Part shown: positions 8,637 to 16,322 of the stretch, piece by piece
Numbering within the stretch: position 1 is the stretch's first letter
Layout: each line of letters starts with the position of its first letter
From: Candidatus Electrothrix sp. GW3-4
GTDB taxonomy: Bacteria > Desulfobacterota > Desulfobulbia > Desulfobulbales > Desulfobulbaceae
Length of the DNA stretch: 32,000 nt
Assembly (NCBI RefSeq): GCF_037902255.1
Contig: NZ_CP147990.1
Location: 3,300,001 to 3,332,000, forward strand
Reading direction: 5' to 3'
The notes under the pieces: model-generated
Told to the model about the DNA's origin: nothing
Database searches by the model: none
The model's input: only the letters and a program-made list of their open reading frames with translations
Translations under genes and position numbers: made by a program

Positions 8637-9560
8637 ATGGAAAAAAAAATTTTAGCAGCAGTAGACGGATCAGTATATAGCTCAAACAGTTTGGATTATC
8701 TGATACGTCTTTTTCGACAGGATCAGAACTTTAGTGTTGACCTGTTTGCTGCGGTTTCATCCAGTAGCGGCGACCAAAGCTGGATGTCGGACTGTGATAT
8801 TCAGCGAACTGAAAGTACTGCCGAGCTCCAGCGCAAGGCAAAGGCAACAAGATATCTGAAAGATGCCAAAGAACGTCTTGTCCGCAACGGCTTTCCCGAA
8901 GAAAATATAGCGACCTTTGTCCATGCATCAGGGGAAGGAATTACCAATTCAATTTATCATTTTGCAGAAAAAAATCTCTATGACGGTCTGCTGATTGGCA
9001 GAAGAGGGGTAGGAAGAGTAGGCGAGATGTTACTGGGCAGTGTTTCTGCCGATCTGGTCAGAAAATGCCATGAAGTTCCGATCTGGATCATTGACGGCAA
9101 TATCACCTCTACTCGTTTTCTCCTCGCTGTTCATACCTGCACCCACTCACTTATGGCAGCAGATCATTTGGCCTTTATTCTGCGAAATAACCCCAAAGCA
9201 GAGATCTATATCTACCATTCCCTTGCAGCGTTTGGCTCAACACCACCTGCTGAAACAAAGGAGTTTCACGATCGGTGGGGCGAGAGATGGTGCGAAGAAC
9301 ATCTCGATGTGGAGACATGCCTGTACAAAGCGCATAGCCAGATATTGGTCGAAAACGGCATCCCCGAAGAGCGCATTGTCCGACTCCCTCCACGCCGGGG
9401 GATCCATCCCAGCCATGACCTGCTCCGCCAGGCAAAGAAACATAAATGCGGGACCATTGTTATTGGCCGCAGAGGCCGAGTAGACAAGGGTCTTCTCGGA
9501 GGGGTCTCTGCTCGAGCAGCCAAAAACGCTCAGAATATGGCTGTCTGGCTGGTGGGTTAA
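8637..9560 (+). CDS. Tandem-domain universal stress protein (UspA family)
   Basis: 307-aa ORF. Two Usp halves are each recognisable: 'ILAAVDGS...' with 'GRRGVGRVGEMLLGSVSADLVRKCHEVPIWII', and '...VIGRRGRVDKGLLGGVSARAAKNAQNMAVWLV'. AGGAGG SD upstream. Confidence 0.85.
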   Translation: MEKKILAAVDGSVYSSNSLDYLIRLFRQDQNFSVDLFAAVSSSSGDQSWMSDCDIQRTESTAELQRKAKATRYLKDAKERLVRNGFPEENIATFVHASGEGITNSIYHFAEKNLYDGLLIGRRGVGRVGEMLLGSVSADLVRKCHEVPIWIIDGNITSTRFLLAVHTCTHSLMAADHLAFILRNNPKAEIYIYHSLAAFGSTPPAETKEFHDRWGERWCEEHLDVETCLYKAHSQILVENGIPEERIVRLPPRRGIHPSHDLLRQAKKHKCGTIVIGRRGRVDKGLLGGVSARAAKNAQNMAVWLVG

Positions 9561-9609
9561 AGAGAAAGACTGGAGAAAGACCATACGACGAGAGCGTGAA
9601 GAGAATTGC

Positions 9610-10689
9610 ATGAAACCTGTTGAGCTAAAAAAAAATGTCTGGTGGCTCGCCAACCGCTCAGACTCCCTGCTGGAAGTCAATATCTACCTGCTTTGCTATC
9701 CCCACCCAAAAGGACAGGCCAATATTATCATTGATCCAGGTCCTGTTGAATTATTGACCGTACTACAAAAGGCCGTCCGCCCGATCATAGGGGGGCTGGA
9801 GGAGGTCCATGGCGTCCTCATCAATCATCAGGACCCGGATGTTGCCCCCAATGCAGCCTTTCTCCAAAAATTGAATCCGAAATGCCTGGTGGTCGCCTCA
9901 GAGGATACCTGGCGCCTGATTCACTTTCTCGGACTCAAGGCCTCCCGCTTCAAGGCGGTGGAAACATATAAGAATAACCGGGCCATGATGCCAGGCGGCA
10001 ACAGGCTGATTTTTGTCCCCTCTCCCTTCTGCCATTTTCGTGGGGCGATGATGTACTATGATCTCGCCAGCAGGATCCTCTTTTCCGGGGACCTGTTCGG
10101 TGGACTCTCCTATACCCACGACCTCTATGCCGACGAAAAATCCTGGGAGGGCATCAAGACCTTTCATCAACTCTACATGCCATCCCGCGACGCTTTAAAA
10201 TTGGCCGTTTCCAGGATCAGGAACCTTGATCCCCCACCCGAGATGATCGCCCCCCAGCACGGCTCTCTTATTAAAGGAGACCTTATTCGCGACTTTACCG
10301 ATCGGATGTATAATCTGGATGTCGGATTAGACCTGCTCATGGCCGGTGAGAAGAAAGAAAATTACCTTGGTGCGATCAATGAAATTCTGAGCGAATTAGA
10401 AGAAGAAGACTCCTCTGCATCCATTGCCAGAGGTATCGCGGCACTGAACAAGGACCAGTCGTTCACAAACATTCTGACAGTAGAGAAAAACAGAGTCACC
10501 TCGTTTAAGGTGGATCCACCTGTTGCGGTCAAAACCCTGTTAGCGCATCTTCGCGAAGATGGGGGAGCTGAGCTGGAAAGCCTCGTGAATCTTATTGCCC
10601 TGAAGACCTTAATCGGACGTAACATACCGATCGGCGACATCCTGCCACAGGCTGGCGGAGATCAGGATCTGCCGGATTATTTCGAATAA
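9610..10689 (+). CDS. Metallo-beta-lactamase-fold protein with a non-canonical metal motif (NHQDPD)
   Basis: 359-aa ORF. The MBL-like order of motifs is 'IIIDPGP...', 'VLINHQDPDVAPN', '...PSPFCHFRG...', '...FSGDLFG...' and '...APQHGS'. There is a C-terminal extension of about 110 aa. Confidence 0.6.
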   Translation: MKPVELKKNVWWLANRSDSLLEVNIYLLCYPHPKGQANIIIDPGPVELLTVLQKAVRPIIGGLEEVHGVLINHQDPDVAPNAAFLQKLNPKCLVVASEDTWRLIHFLGLKASRFKAVETYKNNRAMMPGGNRLIFVPSPFCHFRGAMMYYDLASRILFSGDLFGGLSYTHDLYADEKSWEGIKTFHQLYMPSRDALKLAVSRIRNLDPPPEMIAPQHGSLIKGDLIRDFTDRMYNLDVGLDLLMAGEKKENYLGAINEILSELEEEDSSASIARGIAALNKDQSFTNILTVEKNRVTSFKVDPPVAVKTLLAHLREDGGAELESLVNLIALKTLIGRNIPIGDILPQAGGDQDLPDYFE

Positions 10690-10698
10690 CAGGGACTC

Positions 10699-11388
10699 AT
10701 GAGCCGTAAAAACATTCTGATCGTTGACCGGGACAAGGACTTTCTGCTGGAATTGCGGGAGGCCTTTATCCCCTTTAAAAACGTCTATCAACTAGCCTTT
10801 GTCTCCACCCTTGCCAAGGCTCAGGAGATCCTACGTAAATTTACCGTCCACATGGTCATCGCTAATGTCCAGCTTTCAGGAGAAAGCGGCCTGGAGCTCC
10901 TGCTCTCCGTTCGTCGCTGGCATACTGAGACCCATGTTGTCCTGTACAGCGAAGAGCTGACAGAAGAGATCAAACGATCAGCCTACCACAGCGGGGTTTC
11001 CGCAATTCTTCCCTCCCCCTTTAAATTCGAAGAACTCCTCAAGGTGCTGGCAGGTATTTTTGCCAAGGAATCTGGCAATACCACGGTCCTGGACACGATC
11101 CCCCTGGCCGATCTTCTCCAACTCATTGGCATGGGGCATCACTCCACAGATATCATTGTCATTAATGCCAGGAAGGAGCGGGGAATTATTCGAATCCGCA
11201 AAGGAAACCTGCTGGAGGCGGAAGCCGCTGGGGTACAAGGAGTAAATGCGGTCACAGAGATGCTTTCCTGGGAATCGCCGACCATTAAGACCTGCAAAGG
11301 GGTGCATGGAATTTCGTCAGCTCTCCATCCCCTCCCCCTCCATGATGCCCTGATTCAGGCCGCAGCAAGGCTGGATGAAAAATCGTAA
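10699..11388 (+). CDS. Receiver-like (pseudo-receiver) domain fused to a DUF4388-like C-terminal domain
   Basis: 229-aa ORF. It has CheY-like beta-alpha periodicity ('ILIVDRDKD', 'MVIANVQLSGESGLELL', 'VVLYSEE', 'ILPSPF'). The C-terminal part 'LADLLQLIGMGHHSTDIIVINARKERGIIRIRKGNLLEAE' resembles DUF4388. Confidence 0.65.
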   Translation: MSRKNILIVDRDKDFLLELREAFIPFKNVYQLAFVSTLAKAQEILRKFTVHMVIANVQLSGESGLELLLSVRRWHTETHVVLYSEELTEEIKRSAYHSGVSAILPSPFKFEELLKVLAGIFAKESGNTTVLDTIPLADLLQLIGMGHHSTDIIVINARKERGIIRIRKGNLLEAEAAGVQGVNAVTEMLSWESPTIKTCKGVHGISSALHPLPLHDALIQAAARLDEKS

Positions 11389-11516
11389 CCATTGCCATTG
11401 CTCTTCGTTGCTCAGAAATATTAACACGCGGATAAAGGGAGCTCGACCATTACCGCAGCAAAGATGGTAATCAACGGGCTCCCCTTGTGTTTCTTGGTTC
11501 AGGTTCAGTATCCGTG

Positions 11517-11867
11517 CTATTTCTTGACAGAAGATGGTGTTGATGCAGACTCTTTTCCCTGCTCTTTCTCCATAGCGTCTTTATTCACAGCGGTTGCGGC
11601 CACAGGTCCAGAATCCTCGCCAACAGTGATGTCGTCCTTAATGCGGGCAATAATCTTTTCGCCGATCCCGTACACGTTTTTCAATTCTTCAACCTTTTTA
11701 AACAGGCCTTTTTTCTCACGATACTTAATAATTGATTCTGCTTTAACGGGCCCGATACCGGGCAATGAGGTCAATTCCTCCAAGCTTCCTGTATTGATGT
11801 TGATCACAGCAGCGGCCGAAGTCGTCAGGAAAAAAATAAAGAACAGGGTCAGGTAGAATGGTTTCAT
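11517..11867 (-). CDS. comEA: ComEA-family helix-hairpin-helix DNA-binding protein with signal peptide
   Basis: 'MKPFYLTLFFIFFLTTSAAA' is the signal peptide. The tandem HhH region reads 'ININTGSLEELTSLPGIGPVKAESIIKYREKKGLFKKVEELKNVYGIGEKIIARI'. The start was moved to the ATG at 11867, which is preceded by GGAAGG. Confidence 0.8.
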   Translation of the reverse strand: MKPFYLTLFFIFFLTTSAAAVININTGSLEELTSLPGIGPVKAESIIKYREKKGLFKKVEELKNVYGIGEKIIARIKDDITVGEDSGPVAATAVNKDAMEKEQGKESASTPSSVKK

Positions 11868-12205
11868 AATGCCTTCCTTCTTGATTTTTAATCTGTTACC
11901 TGCTCGCACAGGCATTGTCTCTTAGGCTTCGAAGCAAATGCACTATAGGCTCGTTTTCCGCAGGAAGTCAACAGCAAAAAACATGCTGTTTTAAGTCCTT
12001 AATCAAAAGGAACATGGGATTTCATTGCCGCGCAACAAAATTTATTATTTCCCACTTTCAGCTTTTTTTTACAGAAGATACCCGGTACAGTTTACGAGAT
12101 TAGAGTAGCTGTACCTTGCACAAGTTATGCAGAGCACCTGAACCTCAGCAGACCTCCTCAAGAATACACATCAATTCATCGGATTATTCACAGAACTCGT
12201 CACCC

Positions 12206-13918
12206 ATGAAAGATAACCTTTCTCATACTATTTCCTATTCCGAGAGCCTGATCGTTCATTTCTGTCGGGCCAAGGAGTTACGATCCGAGGCTGTCCATCT
12301 TATCTCACTTGACCTGAACAGGCGGCAGCTTCGTGACCTTGAATCCCTGCTCAACCGGGCCTTTTATCCCCTGGCAGGCTTCTTGGGGCAGGATGATTAC
12401 CAGGGTGTACTGCAAGAGATGCGCCTGAGCGATGGCTCTGTCTGGCCGATTCCCATCTGCCTTGATGTAAGCGAAGAATTTGCCGCTTCCCTACAAACGG
12501 GACAGCGCATAGGGCTCAATGATCAGGAAGGTTTTCTCCTGGCCATTCTCACCATCAGCGATATCTGGAAGGGAGATAAAAAAGCAGAGGCAAAAGCTCT
12601 CTACGGCACAACAGACCCTGAACAACACCCCGGTGTCCAGGCCCTGTTCGCCGAAGTCAAAGACTGGTATATCGGCGGGAGCGTGGAAGGGGTGACCCTG
12701 CCGATCCATTATGATTTTTGCGATCTCCGCCTGACACCTACAGAAAGCAACCGCCGTTTTATTCAGTACGGATGGCGTCGGGTGGTCGGCTTCCACACAA
12801 AAGAATATCTGCATTGCGCTCACCGGGAAATGGTCTTGGCCGCGGCTCGGGAAACCGGCTGTTCTATCTTCCTGCACCCGGTGGTTGGAATGGACCATCC
12901 GGGCAATATGGAACATTACACCCATGTCCATTGTTACCAGGAATTTGTCCAACATTTCCCCCGCAATATGATCCAACTGGGAGTCATCCCCCTCGCAGAA
13001 CGAAATGCTGGTCCCAGAGAGGCCCTCTGGCATGCCCTGATCCGCAAAAACTACGGTTGCAGCCATTTTATGGTAGCAGCAGATCACGGCGACCCTTTTG
13101 CGGACACCAATACCGATCTTTTCTACCCCCAGGGAGAGGCCCAACAACTTGTTGCCTCGTTGGCCGCAGATACCGGCATTGAAATGGTTCCAGAGCAGGC
13201 AATGGGCTATGCGGAACAGCAGGGAAAATATGTCTATCTTACAGAGGTCCCCAACGAAGAGGTCAAAAATATTACCTCAAAGGAACTCAAACGACGCCTG
13301 GAGCAAGGAGAAAATATACCAGAATGGTTTTCCTTTCCCAATGTCGTTGCCGAGCTGCGCCGCTCTTTCCCGCCACGCTCCAAACAGGGCTTCACTGTTT
13401 TTCTTAGTGGCCTGTCCGGCTCAGGAAAATCAACCATTGCCAAGGTGTTGATGGTTCGTTTTATGGAAATGCGCGACCGTCCAGTAACTCTCTTAGACGG
13501 TGACATTGTCCGCAAGAATCTCTCCTCGGAACTGACCTTTTCCAAAGAGCACCGCAACCTCAATGTCACCCGAATCGGCTTTGTGGCCAGCGAAATCACC
13601 AAGAACGGCGGTATCGCCCTCTGTGCCCCCATTGCCCCCTATGAGGAGTCCCGCCAGGAGAACCGGCGCCTGATCAGTCGCTATGGTGGCTATATTGAGA
13701 TTCATATCGCCACCCCGCTGGAGATCTGTGAGCAACGTGACCGTAAAGGGCTGTACGAGAAGGCCAGGGCCGGTCTGGTTAAAGGAGTAACAGGCATCTC
13801 AGACCCCTACATTCCTCCAACCAACCCGGAAATCGTTATTGATACTTCAAAGATGACCCCAGCAGAAGCCGTGCAGGAGATCTTCCTTTATCTTGAAGAA
13901 CAAGGATATATTCGATAG
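12206..13918 (+). CDS. cysC: Two-domain APS kinase: N-terminal ATP-sulfurylase-like domain (motifs degenerate) plus C-terminal adenylylsulfate kinase
   Basis: The sulfurylase fold is recognisable ('HPVVGMDHPGN', 'AADHGDP'). The APS-kinase P-loop is 'FLSGLSGSGKSTIA'. The start was taken at ATG 12206 (MKDNLSH) rather than the TTG at 12116. Confidence 0.8.
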   Translation: MKDNLSHTISYSESLIVHFCRAKELRSEAVHLISLDLNRRQLRDLESLLNRAFYPLAGFLGQDDYQGVLQEMRLSDGSVWPIPICLDVSEEFAASLQTGQRIGLNDQEGFLLAILTISDIWKGDKKAEAKALYGTTDPEQHPGVQALFAEVKDWYIGGSVEGVTLPIHYDFCDLRLTPTESNRRFIQYGWRRVVGFHTKEYLHCAHREMVLAAARETGCSIFLHPVVGMDHPGNMEHYTHVHCYQEFVQHFPRNMIQLGVIPLAERNAGPREALWHALIRKNYGCSHFMVAADHGDPFADTNTDLFYPQGEAQQLVASLAADTGIEMVPEQAMGYAEQQGKYVYLTEVPNEEVKNITSKELKRRLEQGENIPEWFSFPNVVAELRRSFPPRSKQGFTVFLSGLSGSGKSTIAKVLMVRFMEMRDRPVTLLDGDIVRKNLSSELTFSKEHRNLNVTRIGFVASEITKNGGIALCAPIAPYEESRQENRRLISRYGGYIEIHIATPLEICEQRDRKGLYEKARAGLVKGVTGISDPYIPPTNPEIVIDTSKMTPAEAVQEIFLYLEEQGYIR

Positions 13919-14070
13919 GCCCCTCCCCCTGCTCTTCACTCCTGCTCAATTGGAGGTGCAAGGCAGGGTCCTAAAAAATTGTTCCTGCTCCATCCTCAGG
14001 AGAACCCAGGCCGTTGGAACAGTTCCGTTCCTCCGTAATTCAACCAGAAAAAAACACCAAGGAGTCCCGT

Positions 14071-14382
14071 ATGTGTATCATGAAAACATCCCGTCTTGCC
14101 GGTCTTTGCCTCTTCCTCTTTCTGAGCTTTGCAGGGATTGTTTTTGCTGCCCCGCAAACCAAATGCCCGGTTATGGGAGGGGATATTAACAAAGAGGTCT
14201 ATGTTGATCATAAGGGGCTCCGGGTCTATTTCTGCTGTGAGGCATGTATCGCCAAATTCAAGGAAGATCCGGAAAAATATCTCACCAAGTTAAAAGAGAT
14301 GGGTGAAGAGCCAGAGGTTATTGAGCAAGGCGGGGAAGAAAAGGATAAAAAAGGAAAAGATATGTCCGAGCATAAGGAGTAG
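14071..14382 (+). CDS. Secreted YHS-domain metal-binding protein (copy 1, intact)
   Basis: AAGGAG SD lies 7 nt upstream. Signal peptide 'MCIMKTSRLAGLCLFLFLSFAGIVFA'. YHS-type motif 'CPVMGGDINKEVYVDHKGLRVYFCCEACIAKFKEDPEKY'. It is a paralogue of 25219-25569. Confidence 0.75.
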   Translation: MCIMKTSRLAGLCLFLFLSFAGIVFAAPQTKCPVMGGDINKEVYVDHKGLRVYFCCEACIAKFKEDPEKYLTKLKEMGEEPEVIEQGGEEKDKKGKDMSEHKE

Positions 14383-14391
14383 GAGAAGATC

Positions 14392-14505
14392 ATGCGGGAT
14401 CTGTTTTTTCAAATGATCATGCTGATCTGCTGTGGCCTTTTTCTCTTCCCAGGGCCCTCCTTTGCTGAACGAACAGATCCGCAGCAAGATCCTGCTGATT
14501 ACTGA
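14392..14505 (+). pseudogene. Truncated 5' remnant (37 codons) of a cusB-like periplasmic adaptor gene
   Basis: MRDLFFQMIMLICCGLFLFPGPSFAERTDP... aligns by eye at about 85% nt identity with the first ~100 nt of the adaptor gene at 25579. Homology ends at 14497/14498 and a stop follows at 14503. Confidence 0.75.
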
Positions 14506-14550
14506 GGATGGTCTCAAAGGATTCCCTTTTCCATAAAAGGCAGTACGATA

Positions 14551-15693
14551 ATGAACCGCAAAGTACATAACATTGTCACCGCACCGGGGAAAAAGAAAAT
14601 CCTGGCCATTGACGCCGGGGGCACCCGGGGCGTTATCTCCGTCGAGATTCTGGCCCGCATGGAAGCAATACTCAGAGAGGAACTGGATGCAGGTGATGAC
14701 TTTGTGTTGGCTGATTATTTCGACTTTTTCGCCGGAACAAGTGCCAGTGCCAATATTGCCTGCTTTTTGTCCTTAGGTCTGTCAATCGAGAAAATCCGTG
14801 CCCTGTCAAGAGAGCATGTCCGCCTGTCCTTTGCCAAAAATGCATGGCACTGGCGCTGGCGCTCCAAATTTGATGGCCAATATGTCACTGCTGCGCTGAA
14901 GAAAGAGCTGGGTGAAGACACACTCCTCGGAACTGACGCCCTCAACACCTTACTCATGCTGGTGATGCGGAACGCGCAGACCGAATCGCCATGGCCAGTT
15001 ACGAACAATCCCTATGCGATCTTTAACAAACGGGACGTACCGGGCTGCAATCTTGACCTCCCCTTATGGCAGTTGGTCAGGGCCAGCTCAGCAGCCCCGC
15101 CGCTCTTTTCACCGCAAAAGATTCAGATCGGCGAGCATGAATTTGTCTTTGAAGACGGTGCGATCAGTCCCTACAGCAATCCCGCCTTTATTGCCTTTCT
15201 CCAGGCAACTGTGGACTCCTATAATATCTGCTGGCAAACCAGTAGAGAGGATATACTCCTTGTCTCTGTAGGCAACGGCAGATACTATGGGAAATGCGAC
15301 GCGCTGCATCCGATGGGGAGAACACTGCTCGAAAACGCCAGGACTCTCCCGGTCAGCCTTCTGCGGGCGGCCAACGATGAGCAGGACATGCTGTGCAGGG
15401 TCTTTGGCCACTGCCTGACAGGTCCTCTTCTGGACAGTGAAATCGGTGATCTTATCAACAGCCAGGGCCCTGTTTCACCAAAGCTTTTCACCTATCTCCG
15501 CTATAATTTTGATATAACAGAAGACTTCTTTCAGGGGATAGGAATAACCGATATTGATATGGATATCATCAGATCTGTTGCTGCTGCTGACCATCTGGAG
15601 GAACTTGAAAACATAGGCACGGAGGTAGGAAAACATCTTGTCAGCAAAGAGCATTATCAGGATTTCCTCTTTAAGAATACCAATAATGCGTAG
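14551..15693 (+). CDS. Patatin-like phospholipase
   Basis: 380-aa ORF. Oxyanion motif 'ILAIDAGGTRG', nucleophile-elbow variant 'AGTSAS' (GxSxS) and catalytic Asp motif 'FEDGAISPYSNP'. Confidence 0.85.
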   Translation: MNRKVHNIVTAPGKKKILAIDAGGTRGVISVEILARMEAILREELDAGDDFVLADYFDFFAGTSASANIACFLSLGLSIEKIRALSREHVRLSFAKNAWHWRWRSKFDGQYVTAALKKELGEDTLLGTDALNTLLMLVMRNAQTESPWPVTNNPYAIFNKRDVPGCNLDLPLWQLVRASSAAPPLFSPQKIQIGEHEFVFEDGAISPYSNPAFIAFLQATVDSYNICWQTSREDILLVSVGNGRYYGKCDALHPMGRTLLENARTLPVSLLRAANDEQDMLCRVFGHCLTGPLLDSEIGDLINSQGPVSPKLFTYLRYNFDITEDFFQGIGITDIDMDIIRSVAAADHLEELENIGTEVGKHLVSKEHYQDFLFKNTNNA

Positions 15694-15695
15694 TA

Positions 15696-16322
15696 ATGTG
15701 TAGATGGACTGGAGAGAAAAGAGGCAAAGATCCGTCTCCTTCTGTCATGGTTTTTTCCGGCCATATGATTGACTCGCCGACCAGAAAACCTCCCCGCTTT
15801 CCTCCTGAACTTGAGCATACTGTCACACATTGCATCAATGAACACCTTGTCCTTAATAAAGGAAAAATCGCGTATGCAGCTGCGGCCTCAGGAGGCGATA
15901 TCATCTTCCTTGAGCAGATGCTCTCTTTGCATGGAGAGATCAACATCATCCTTCCTGTTAGCCCTGCTGATTTTAAAGAACAAAGCGTCGCGCCTGCGGG
16001 ACGAACATGGTCACTGCGTTTTGAACGCCTCCTGGCGCATGCTGCAACCGTGCAGATCCTTGGCCCCTATAGCCCGACAAATTTCAAGGAGAGCCTGTGC
16101 AACTGCAACCTGCACCTTTGCAAACTGGCAACTACCCGAGCCCGAAAAAAGAACATGCAGGTTCGTGGCCTGACTGTGCTGGACAGTACCCAGCCTGGCC
16201 ACCTCACCGGAGGAACAGCCTCTATGATCTCTCTCTGGCAGCAGCAAAAAATCCGGTATTCCTGTATTTTTCTTAACAAGCTAAGGAGTAAAAATAACAC
16301 AGGTAATCTTTATGGATCATGA
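15696..16322 (+). CDS. Stand-alone SLOG/LOG-like Rossmannoid protein (putative nucleotide-ligand sensor or processor)
   Basis: 208-aa ORF starting 2 nt after the patatin stop. The pattern 'VMVFSGHMIDSPTRKPPRFP', '...IAYAAAASGGDIIFLEQ' and '...GEINIILPV' matches the strand / Gly-rich loop / strand layout of LOG/SLOG domains. The assignment is by eye only. Confidence 0.5.
   Translation: MCRWTGEKRGKDPSPSVMVFSGHMIDSPTRKPPRFPPELEHTVTHCINEHLVLNKGKIAYAAAASGGDIIFLEQMLSLHGEINIILPVSPADFKEQSVAPAGRTWSLRFERLLAHAATVQILGPYSPTNFKESLCNCNLHLCKLATTRARKKNMQVRGLTVLDSTQPGHLTGGTASMISLWQQQKIRYSCIFLNKLRSKNNTGNLYGS

Noticed and set aside
12116-12205. TTG start giving a 600-aa sulfurylase/APS kinase
   Set aside because: The extra 30 aa (MHKLCRAPEPQQTSS…) are low-complexity and have no homology pattern. 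The ATG at 12206 gives the expected N-terminus. This is uncertain but preferred.
14014-14070. Upstream start for YHS copy 1 (122-aa version)
   Set aside because: The ATG at 14071 is preceded by AAGGAG at ideal spacing and begins the signal peptide. The upstream extension has no support.
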